Source: Kiritimatiellia bacterium (lineage in GTDB: Bacteria; Verrucomicrobiota; Kiritimatiellia; RFP12; UBA1067). Taken from it: DNA of 64,000 nt. Below the pieces are notes generated by a model. It searched no databases. It was not told the DNA's origin and was given only the letters and a program-made list of their open reading frames with translations. A program made the position numbers and the translations under genes. The stretch is from assembly GCA_045599105.1 (NCBI GenBank), contig JAZRVL010000036.1:10778-74777 (forward strand). The letters run 5' to 3'. Below, in pieces: positions 1 to 7,437 of this stretch; within the stretch, counting starts at the first letter, position 1, and each line of letters starts with the position of its first letter.

Positions 1-107
1 GGAAGCTCCCTCTCCTTCCCGCCAGCCCATTTTAGTATAGGATCCAAGCGAGATTGCGAAGTGTTAATGGCCAATGTTCCTGCCGCCGCTGCTATTAATG
101 CCGTCAT
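1..107 (-). CDS. Dam-like (D12 class) N6-adenine DNA methyltransferase, first 35 codons only; gene runs off the left edge
   Basis: Not in ORF track. Own translation from ATG at 107: MTALIAAAAGTLAINTSQSRLDPILKWAGGKEREL. (F/I)LKWAGGK is the N-terminal hallmark of Dam/DpnM-type enzymes. AAGGA lies 7 nt upstream. The gene starts 11 nt after the stop of the preceding MTase. Confidence 0.6.
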   Translation of the reverse strand, partial: MTALIAAAAGTLAINTSQSRLDPILKWAGGKEREL

Positions 108-118
108 TGCTTTATCCT

Positions 119-868
119 TTATTTCGACTTTTCCAATCGTTGCTTTGCCGCATCAAAATACATCTGATTTAATTCCATCCCGATAAAACGTCTTCCCAAT
201 TCCTTTGCCGCAACCCCAGTAGACCCCACGCCCATAAATGGATCGAGCACAACATCCCCTTTATTACTAGCAATCGTCAAAATCTTCTTTAGTATGGCAA
301 CAGGCTTTTGTGTAGGATGCTTTGGATTTTTAATTCTCTCTGGCGCCATACATATAGGGCTTTCGATAAAATTGTGCATTTCGTTTTGTGATTGAAAATT
401 CCAAGTATGTCCCCTATTCCAACAACAAAAAATCATTTCGCAACTATTAAGAAATCCTGCCTTAAATATTTTCGGCGGCGGATTGGTTTTATGCCAAATC
501 ATAAACTGAGATGTATCAAAACGATGATCAAGACACGAGTGCCATCTCCCTATTTGATTGTAAGTAGTAAAAATAAAAAGATTACCAGTCGGCTTCAAAA
601 CACGAATAAATTCATCACACCAATCCGCTGGATTTAGGTCAACAAGATCCCATTCCGATATTCTATTATTCAAGGAGGCTCGTCCAGGAAGATGAATGTC
701 CCCCGTAGAATATTTTCCAATGTTATATGGCGGATCTGTTAAAATCAGATCAACAGAAGCGTCTGCAACTGTCTGGAGCAAGTCTCTACTGTCGCCGCAA
801 AAAATCAACTCAAAATCCCATTTACTTGTTTTTTGGCAAATATACAGCCTTAATTCTTTCGAGTGCAT
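119..868 (-). CDS. DNA methyltransferase, beta-class N6A/N4C (motif IV precedes motif I)
   Basis: DLILTDPPYNIG (DPPY catalytic motif) near the N-terminus and FMGVGSTGVAAKELGRRFIGMEL (AdoMet FxGxG) near the C-terminus. ATG 868 overlaps the REase by 47 nt; an in-frame TTG at 808 would remove the overlap. Confidence 0.85.
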   Translation of the reverse strand: MHSKELRLYICQKTSKWDFELIFCGDSRDLLQTVADASVDLILTDPPYNIGKYSTGDIHLPGRASLNNRISEWDLVDLNPADWCDEFIRVLKPTGNLFIFTTYNQIGRWHSCLDHRFDTSQFMIWHKTNPPPKIFKAGFLNSCEMIFCCWNRGHTWNFQSQNEMHNFIESPICMAPERIKNPKHPTQKPVAILKKILTIASNKGDVVLDPFMGVGSTGVAAKELGRRFIGMELNQMYFDAAKQRLEKSK

Positions 869-1643
869 TAATAATTAAGTGCGCATTCTTTTTATACTCA
901 TCAAGAACAATCTCGTAGCCACTTTCGGATTTACAAACCAAATTCCAAAATGCACTACTTATCAATAGCTCCTCTTCTGCAAAAAACTGCAGCACCCTCC
1001 CCTGCCGCCAAGGTTTACCCTCACCAAATCTATTATATGCAGTTGCAAAACAAACTTTTAACTTATCCACTGAGCCAATCGAATTCGCTAGAATACAATA
1101 CTGTTCGAGGAGTGCTTCTTTTTCAGACCTTGCCTTTTTGTTATCTAAATCTCCACCAATTTTCAGTTCAATTAAATAATGCATACCAGTCTCCGGATCG
1201 TGCAAATAATAGTCACTATCATGACGCTTGCTATGCCCACTATTTGTTGACCGCAAGGTATGAATATCCGAATAATCGCTAACTTTCGGCACTCGATGAT
1301 TCACTATATTCTTATAAGACTCAAGCAACTCCGCAATATAGTCTGTTTGCTCTTTGTAAATAACGCCCTCAACATACTGCTTAACATCATAATTCAGCGA
1401 CGCAAGTTTTATCGCCATCTTTTCCAACATATTTCCAAGACTACTATCTAATGACCGAGCCAAAGCAGAATAATATTGAATATCAGCTCCAAGCACAGAG
1501 ATAAAGACATTGTTAATCTTCATATTGATCGTACCGTTATCATCGTCACGCTCGCTAACATGACGATCAGAAAACCCAGATGCATATGCATCTACATAAG
1601 ACCCAACCACAGCCCGAATGGCGCGTTCCTTATCTACATTCAT
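822..1643 (-). CDS. Type II restriction endonuclease candidate (PD-(D/E)xK-like; TdeIII-like from memory)
   Basis: ORF track 822..1661. The likelier start is ATG 1643 (MNVDKERAI), 8 nt after AAGGAG. HDSDYYLHDPETGMHYLIELKIGGDLDNKKA gives a D..ELK nuclease signature. Operonic with two MTases and low GC. Confidence 0.55.
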   Translation of the reverse strand: MNVDKERAIRAVVGSYVDAYASGFSDRHVSERDDDNGTINMKINNVFISVLGADIQYYSALARSLDSSLGNMLEKMAIKLASLNYDVKQYVEGVIYKEQTDYIAELLESYKNIVNHRVPKVSDYSDIHTLRSTNSGHSKRHDSDYYLHDPETGMHYLIELKIGGDLDNKKARSEKEALLEQYCILANSIGSVDKLKVCFATAYNRFGEGKPWRQGRVLQFFAEEELLISSAFWNLVCKSESGYEIVLDEYKKNAHLIINALERIKAVYLPKNK

Positions 1644-1694
1644 CCCACAATCTCCTTGCAACGCCTATCGCTGCGGAGACCGTCTCGCATGCAC

Positions 1695-1725
1695 AAAAAA
1701 GAGCGCATTTTCTTTCATGCACTCT
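1695..1725 (-). terminator. Intrinsic terminator (minus strand)
   Basis: Minus strand reads AGAGTGCAT-GAAAGAAA-ATGCGCTCT followed by TTTTT: a 9-bp stem with one G-U pair, an 8-nt loop and a T-run. The plus-strand reading has no T-run. Confidence 0.7.
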
Positions 1726-1974
1726 GCTGAGGTCCGACTAAGAACCTTATAAAGATGCACTACGCAGAAAATGCGCCCAAACGGGCGCATCTCAGCGCAC
1801 ATGCTGTCTTTATGTGAAGTTTAGTCGGTTTCAGCAGAACAGCACGCAGCTTTGATGCTACGTTAAATTGAATGCGGTCAAGGGTGGGCTTTTCGCGGGA
1901 CTTTTGCGAACCCGTAGGCTCGACTCCCATCTACTTCGCCAGTTCGTGACCTATATGCCCTCCTCGCGGAGAAC
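1695..1974 (-). ncRNA. Candidate structured RNA of unknown class (or long structured 3' UTR of the HU-like gene)
   Basis: Extended -10 TGCTATAAT (hexamer = complement of 1981-1986). GNRA hairpin CTCC-GCGA-GGAG (1960-1971). Rod-like hairpin 1724-1837 with 7+8 bp closing stems, an inner ATAAAGA/TCTTTAT stem and an apical perfect 8-bp hairpin (1771-1790). Ends at the terminator 1695-1725. No match recalled to tmRNA, RNase P, SRP or 6S. Confidence 0.3.
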
Positions 1975-2155
1975 GCTTGTATTATAGCAAAAATTCCTGA
2001 TGAGCGGTAATACCAAAAATGACTCCCGCTTTTAGTTAGAGGAGCAAAAACGTCTTCTGCTTCGAAGTGACTATAGTCCGCGCTTGTGCCCGAAACGAGC
2101 CTATTATCTTTTAATTAAGAGAGTCTTCAAAACTTGGGACGCCCCTCGAATTACC

Positions 2156-2899
2156 TTAAACGACGATCTTTATTTGGTGCCTGACCGTATTAAGCGTCCA
2201 ATCAAGCCCATTCCCGCCTCGGGTAGAAATGCAAAGCATATAGTTCCCTGGCTTAACCGGCTCGCCCTCGAATATGCACTTTACCTCCGTTCCGCCCTTG
2301 TCCCCTTCCAAGCACCTCGCATACGCCAGCGCCTTGCGCTGATCTCGACGATGCTTGACGGGCTTTTCGATCCAAATCTTCTCGTCCTCGTGCGATTGGT
2401 CGATATTGATGTATTTTCCGATAATATCCACTTCGTGTCCCCACCGAAAGCCGTGAAACCTAAATCTTTCCTCCAAATCCATGGTGCCGATGATTACCGA
2501 CCTGCTCTTGGCCTGCGGATTTACGGGAATCAAACTCGCCGCCAACGACACCGAAAGCGGACGCCGCGCCTTTACCCCGCCTTGAAGGTAAATTCCCTCC
2601 CTCGAAGGATTCGCGTCCCTCGTCGGGAGCGCCTTGGAAAGCTTGGGGAAAAACGACACGAGTCCAAAATCAAGTCGCTTCCCCTCCTTCAGCTCCTTCA
2701 TAATAAATCCCTCAATCGTCTTTACCATCGACTCCGCCTTGTAGACATTGTTCGTCCCCATATAGTCGGCAAGTTCGCTGTATAACGATTCGCCTTCGTA
2801 GGCGTCAAAAGGAATGACAGTGGCTTGAAACGTACCGTTTGACGAGGGAGATGTATTGCTTCTCGGCTTGATATTTAAGGCTTTCTGGAAGGTGTTCAT
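2156..2899 (-). CDS. HU/IHF-like DNA-binding domain protein with beta-rich C-terminal domain (DUF4469-like as recalled)
   Basis: N-terminal ELADYMGTNNVYKAESMVKTIEGFIMKELKEGKRLDFGLVSFFPKLS resembles Bacteroidales-type HU-like domains. C-terminal ~130 aa of unknown function. GGAGAAAGCC-ATG RBS. Confidence 0.5.
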   Translation of the reverse strand: MNTFQKALNIKPRSNTSPSSNGTFQATVIPFDAYEGESLYSELADYMGTNNVYKAESMVKTIEGFIMKELKEGKRLDFGLVSFFPKLSKALPTRDANPSREGIYLQGGVKARRPLSVSLAASLIPVNPQAKSRSVIIGTMDLEERFRFHGFRWGHEVDIIGKYINIDQSHEDEKIWIEKPVKHRRDQRKALAYARCLEGDKGGTEVKCIFEGEPVKPGNYMLCISTRGGNGLDWTLNTVRHQIKIVV

Positions 2900-2928
2900 G
2901 GCTTTCTCCGTTGAGGGCTTGTAAATTA

Positions 2929-3001
2929 TTAGCTAATAATAGCATAAAATTAGCTAACTTTGCAATAATGTTAGCTAACTTTTGAATATAATTAGCTAAC
3001 T
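2929..3001. promoter_or_regulatory. Four phased copies of the palindrome TTAGCTAA (21-bp period) in the promoter region of the HU-like gene
   Basis: TTAGCTAA at 2929, 2950, 2971 and 2992, an exact 21-bp spacing. Copies 2-4 extend to TTAGCTAACTT. Copy 1 lies 30 nt upstream of the ATG at 2899. Confidence 0.7.
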
Positions 3002-3108
3002 TCTACCAGCGCCTCCGCAGGGGAGGAGTCGAATCTCCGCTGGCCCCTAAGCGAATCTCCGTAGGGGACAAGCCAAAACCCCGCAGAGTAAATGCCGCGA
3101 TTACGATA

Positions 3109-3474
3109 TTAGTTGTCGATTTCCAGCGCGGAGATGTCAAATCCCCAACGCGAGGCGAGTCGCACTACATCGTTGAACTCGTCGGTCGGTAGACGCTCGC
3201 GCTTCGAGAGAATCCAGAGACTCGAACGGTCGTCGGACGTCACCATCGCGACGTCGCAAGCCGGCGAAAGCCAAATTATCCGATACTCGCCATAGAACGG
3301 ACGAAAGAACGAAACTTCGAACCACTTGGACAACCTGGCGATTTCATGCCAGGTGCCCATGTAGCGAGCGGCGTCGAAGTCGGTTACCGCGGGAATGTCC
3401 GCCGTGCTGCGATAATTCGCGTAGCCGATCGTACCGAACGCCATCGACGCCGCCGCCATGAGCAATTTAATCAT
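3109..3474 (-). CDS. Bacterial lipocalin (Blc-like) with a large internal in-frame deletion; possibly decayed
   Basis: FDAARYMGTWHEIARLSKWFE joins directly to VSFFRPFYGEYRII...SSLWILSKRERLPTDEF. E. coli Blc has about 50 extra residues between these blocks. ORF track start is 3483; ATG 3474 is better placed behind GGGAGGTG. Confidence 0.6.
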   Translation of the reverse strand: MIKLLMAAASMAFGTIGYANYRSTADIPAVTDFDAARYMGTWHEIARLSKWFEVSFFRPFYGEYRIIWLSPACDVAMVTSDDRSSLWILSKRERLPTDEFNDVVRLASRWGFDISALEIDN

Positions 3475-3489
3475 GTTTCGCACCTCCCT

Positions 3490-3642
3490 TCAGTTATATG
3501 CCTCTTCGAAGTCGCTCTTACCAACTCCACAAACTGGGCAACGCCAATCATCGGGCAATTTCTCAAATGAAACGCCTTGATTCTCGTCGGGGTCATAAAC
3601 CCAACCGCAGATTTTGCATACGTACTTTTTCTTGTTTTTCAT
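3490..3642 (-). CDS. Rubredoxin (50 aa)
   Basis: Below the ORF-track cutoff. Own translation: [50 protein letters not shown], with the two CxxCG knuckles and the DDW motif. AGGAGAAAACC-ATG RBS. Confidence 0.9.
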   Translation of the reverse strand: MKNKKKYVCKICGWVYDPDENQGVSFEKLPDDWRCPVCGVGKSDFEEAYN

Positions 3643-3668
3643 GGTTTTCTCCTTTCTTTTTTGGGACT

Positions 3669-5174
3669 TTATCCCTGTAAACCAAATTTCTCCTTCAACA
3701 ATGCCCTCACATTGTAGGAAAGAAAAGCGGGCAAAGTGGGACCGAGCTTTATCTTCATAAACCCTACCGACAACAATGCCAAAAGCACTGCCACCGCCTT
3801 TTGTTCATACCAAGCAACATCCAACTCAAGTGGCAACTCGCCAAGCGACTTTGCCCCCAACGCCTCTTTCAATGCTAAAGCAATCAACACCAATGAATAT
3901 GCATCATTGCATTGTCCTGCGTCAAGCACCCGAGGGATCCCGTTGATTTCACCCAAATCAAGCTTGTTAAAGCGATACTTTGCGCAACCTGCCGTGAGAA
4001 TTATGGTGTCTTTCGGCAGTTTCATTGCCTTGTCGGTATAGCGTTCACGAGCGACTTGTCGTCCATCGCATCCCGCCATTACTACAAAATGCTTAATCGC
4101 ACCTGACTTTATCGCTTCAATAATACGATCTTTAAGTGCAAGCACTTGATCGTGCGCAAATCCACCCATTATTGTCCCAGTTTCTAATTCTTTTGGCGGA
4201 TTGCCCAATTTCGCACGTTCGATCACTGGAGAAAAATCTTTGCCCTTTCCGTCCTTGCGATCTGGAATATGCTTGACCCCTGAGTACCCTGCAACACCAG
4301 TCGTAAAAATACGATCTCGATAGGTGTCCAATACTGGCACAATACAATTGGTGGTCATCAAAATCGCACCTCCAAAATCCGCAAAATCATGCTGCTGACG
4401 ATGCCACGCACCACCATAATTACCCACCAAATGCGAGTAGCGCTTAAATGCGGAATAGTAATGAGCCGCTAACATCTCGCCATGAGTGTAAACATCTATC
4501 CCAGTTCCTTTGGTTGCTTCCAATAGCTCTTTAAGATCTAATAAGTCATGCCCCGAAACAAGGATTCCTTTGTTTTTTCTAACTCCAACATTCACCTCGC
4601 TAACAATTGGCTTGCCAAATGTATTAACATTCGCTCTATCCAGCATTTCCATGGTCTTTACCGCGATCTTTCCGCACTCCAAAACCAATTCCGCCAGCTC
4701 CGTCATTGTGTGCGACACACCAATCTCCTTGAGCGCTTTAAGAATGAACGCATATATTTCATCGCTCTCTTCTCCCAACACTGCCGCATGATGCGCATAG
4801 GCAGAAATCCCCTTAATCGCAAAAAGAACGAGTTCCTTTAAGCTCCTTGCGTCTTCATTGAGCTCCGCGAACGCTCGTGGAGCTTTTCGCGTCCACGCAT
4901 GTCCCAGCCATTTTTCAGCCTCGACAATAGCAGCACGCAAGCGCTCATCGTCAAAGTTCGTGTTGGTCAAAGTCAGAAAAAGCGACTGCGTAACAAATCG
5001 CCCGAGCTCTCGAGTCGGTCGACGCTCCGCGCCAATCTCTTCTAACTTTGCCACAAGTTCATCCATCAGTGCAGAAGTCGTAGCTTTCTTGCCACATACT
5101 CCGCCATGAATGCATCCCGTGTTGCCGAGTGTCTCTTGGCACTGACGGCAAAACATTGCGTTTATCTGATTCAT
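3669..5174 (-). CDS. hcp: Hybrid cluster protein / hydroxylamine reductase
   Basis: N-terminal [23 protein letters not shown] cysteine cluster. Full-length similarity to the Hcp family. GAGGTG RBS. Confidence 0.92.
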   Translation of the reverse strand: MNQINAMFCRQCQETLGNTGCIHGGVCGKKATTSALMDELVAKLEEIGAERRPTRELGRFVTQSLFLTLTNTNFDDERLRAAIVEAEKWLGHAWTRKAPRAFAELNEDARSLKELVLFAIKGISAYAHHAAVLGEESDEIYAFILKALKEIGVSHTMTELAELVLECGKIAVKTMEMLDRANVNTFGKPIVSEVNVGVRKNKGILVSGHDLLDLKELLEATKGTGIDVYTHGEMLAAHYYSAFKRYSHLVGNYGGAWHRQQHDFADFGGAILMTTNCIVPVLDTYRDRIFTTGVAGYSGVKHIPDRKDGKGKDFSPVIERAKLGNPPKELETGTIMGGFAHDQVLALKDRIIEAIKSGAIKHFVVMAGCDGRQVARERYTDKAMKLPKDTIILTAGCAKYRFNKLDLGEINGIPRVLDAGQCNDAYSLVLIALALKEALGAKSLGELPLELDVAWYEQKAVAVLLALLSVGFMKIKLGPTLPAFLSYNVRALLKEKFGLQG

Positions 5175-5256
5175 TTTTCACCTCGCTTTCGTTTCCGCTC
5201 TGCAACCATTGCAAAGCTGATGGCGCGAAGTTTAACGAAAAACGAAAACTCCGTCA

Positions 5257-5270
5257 GTTGTAATTACAAC
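5257..5270. promoter_or_regulatory. Perfect 14-bp palindrome GTTGTAATTACAAC upstream of hcp (Crp/Fnr-type 5-N4-5 geometry)
   Basis: Palindrome centre is at 5263.5. A TAAACT -10 candidate (complement of 5229-5234) would put a TSS near 5222, 41.5 bp from the centre. This matches class II Crp/Fnr promoter spacing. Confidence 0.45.
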
Positions 5271-5285
5271 GAAAATGAAAATTTG

Positions 5286-7418
5286 CTAAAGAAGGCGTTT
5301 TTCTTCGTCGCGATCAAGGACTTCTACATAATATGGTGCATGCGCGCCCCGACAAAATAGTCCATGCACTGCTGAAGGTCCTTCACTATCAATCACATTC
5401 TCAATTAATTTCACCATCCCTTTAGTAATCTTAAGCCCAGGAATGAATACTGGTATCCCTGGCGGATAAGGCACTAAAAACTGAGAAGCGATCCTGCCCA
5501 CGGCTTCCGTAAGCGGCACCAAACATCCATCACAAAGCGCGGCCGCATGTGGCAAAACAACGGGCTGCCCCGAAACCGATTCATTAACCAATGTCGCCGA
5601 CGAAGTTGAATGTGGCCTACCAATCAAAGCTCGATTCAAATAACAAATCCGAAATAGCTCTTCAAAATGCTCTTCCGTCGTTCCCGAAGTCACCAAAAAG
5701 AGAATTGTCGTTGCCGAAGACTTTTCCCATTGAATGCGAGATTTTAAAAGCGACTTTTTGAAGGTGCGACAAGCCTGAGGAGAGCGGAAAGTCATTAAAA
5801 TCTTCAAAGGATCTTTCATGTAGCCTTGTTTCGCCCATTCATTACCTCCACCCGCAATCTCGGATAACGAGGCAAAACACTCATCTTCCGTTTTTCCGCT
5901 CGCTTTCGCCACCCGCTTGCGAAATGCCGCCGTCCACTTAAGCCGTTCGTCCAAAAGCTTTAGCCCCTCCAAGCGCATTTGCACGCCCGATATATCTAAC
6001 GTCGCAAGAAAAGGATAATGTGGCGAAGTTGAGTGCCAATAGCGCAAAAACTCTCTTAAGTCATGCGTGAACTTTTCGTACGAACCGTGTCCATGCAAAG
6101 CGAAGCGCTTTCTTAGCCAACGATATTGTGGCGAAGTATCATCCTCCAATAACGCCTTAAAACGTGTCGAAACATGAATCATTGATGCTTGCGAAAAAGC
6201 CGCCATCGTCTTATGGGTTGATTGCACCGCAAAATGCGCACCCGACGACTCATTAACTGCATTATAGCGCATAACCTCGCCACGATGCTCATTAAAATAA
6301 GTATAACGCGGATGGAAGTTAAGATACGCTGCCCACGCCTCATCAGCATAAAAGATAACACCCATCTTTTCGCAAAGACGTGAAACTTCCCAAACTGGAT
6401 ATAATACTCCCTCGTAGGTACACGTCGTCAAAATCAAAAGCCGTGGAGGATTTTTAACTGCAAGCTCTCGCTCAATATCCTTTAGGGATACAGGTCCCCA
6501 TACTCCAAGGGTTTGATTCCATCTTGCCGGCAAATAACGTGGCACCGCCCCTGACATCACAATTGCATGATGCACTGATTTATGGCAATTACGATCTACG
6601 AGCACTGTTTCGCCCGGCTTTAAAAGCGTCATCAACATTGCCTTGTTGGAAGTAGATGTACCATTAGTCACATAGCAACTATGCGCAGTACCAAATATTT
6701 CCGAAGAAAGTCTTTGTGCTTCACTTAAAGGTGTATGCGCCTCAGGGCTGGAAAGATCACCCAATGATTCCACTGACACCGAAAGATCTGCGCGGAAAAT
6801 CATTGAACCAAACGCTTCATGAAAGCCCTTCAAAAATGGCGAAGAAGCAAATGCTCGGCCATTCGCATGACCGGGTGTATGCCAAGTAGTTCCTTCCCGA
6901 ACTCGCACATACTGCTTCAAGGACGACCAAAATCTCGGCATCCAAAACGACTTGAACAAGTGCACTAATCGTTCATGATATTTAGTTGGATGCTCAAAGA
7001 CATAGGCAAGTTTCTTAGTCCAACGACGTTGTGGCAAAGCAATCGCATTGTGTCCAGGTCGCGTTAAAACTACTTTAGGAATTGCTGGCAATATGGCCTT
7101 AAAGTACGATTTGATAGGAAGCTTACCGATCAACGAGTCCATAAAAACATCGTCAATCAAAAATAGCACACATTCCGAGCCCACCTCTGTTAGCCCCTTG
7201 CGCACATCACCTTCAATAAAAAGCGCCGCCGGCAATTGCTCTGGCGATGAAATTGGAATCAGTTTTAAAGGCGGATACTCCAACATCTCTCGAACATCAA
7301 AAGTATCTCGACAAAATTCACGAAAGGCGGACGACAGCCCATACTCAACCACAGGCAGGATTTTCTCATCCCGCGAACCATCTTTTTCATGTAGCCAAAA
7401 AACGGTAAGCGCCCTCAT
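5286..7418 (-). CDS. Orn/Lys/Arg decarboxylase family, large biodegradative type (PLP-dependent)
   Basis: 710 aa with an N-terminal wing domain. STHKTMAAFSQASMIHV contains the PLP-lysine motif (S-x-HK). Confidence 0.85.
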   Translation of the reverse strand: MRALTVFWLHEKDGSRDEKILPVVEYGLSSAFREFCRDTFDVREMLEYPPLKLIPISSPEQLPAALFIEGDVRKGLTEVGSECVLFLIDDVFMDSLIGKLPIKSYFKAILPAIPKVVLTRPGHNAIALPQRRWTKKLAYVFEHPTKYHERLVHLFKSFWMPRFWSSLKQYVRVREGTTWHTPGHANGRAFASSPFLKGFHEAFGSMIFRADLSVSVESLGDLSSPEAHTPLSEAQRLSSEIFGTAHSCYVTNGTSTSNKAMLMTLLKPGETVLVDRNCHKSVHHAIVMSGAVPRYLPARWNQTLGVWGPVSLKDIERELAVKNPPRLLILTTCTYEGVLYPVWEVSRLCEKMGVIFYADEAWAAYLNFHPRYTYFNEHRGEVMRYNAVNESSGAHFAVQSTHKTMAAFSQASMIHVSTRFKALLEDDTSPQYRWLRKRFALHGHGSYEKFTHDLREFLRYWHSTSPHYPFLATLDISGVQMRLEGLKLLDERLKWTAAFRKRVAKASGKTEDECFASLSEIAGGGNEWAKQGYMKDPLKILMTFRSPQACRTFKKSLLKSRIQWEKSSATTILFLVTSGTTEEHFEELFRICYLNRALIGRPHSTSSATLVNESVSGQPVVLPHAAALCDGCLVPLTEAVGRIASQFLVPYPPGIPVFIPGLKITKGMVKLIENVIDSEGPSAVHGLFCRGAHAPYYVEVLDRDEEKRLL

Positions 7419-7437
7419 CTTATCCCCTTTTTTTTAC

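Noticed and set aside
1724-1837. Rod-like hairpin as SRP (4.5S) RNA
   Set aside because: The apical loop is GTTT/AAAC rather than a GNRA tetraloop, and the conserved helix-8 AGCA/GGAA motifs are absent.
1905-1940. tRNA/tmRNA-like 3' end (GGCTCGACTCCC...TTCGCCA) suggesting an integration site
   Set aside because: The putative T-stem has a mismatch and wobble pairs. No complementary acceptor strand or tag-peptide frame is found on either strand, so it does not fold as a cloverleaf or tmRNA.
3010-3100. T-arm-like GGAGATTCGACTCCTCC, tandem CGGAGATTCG repeats and small hairpins downstream of the lipocalin gene
   Set aside because: No acceptor, D or anticodon arms can be built. There is no T-run for a terminator. 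The repeat has only two copies, which is too weak to call a feature.
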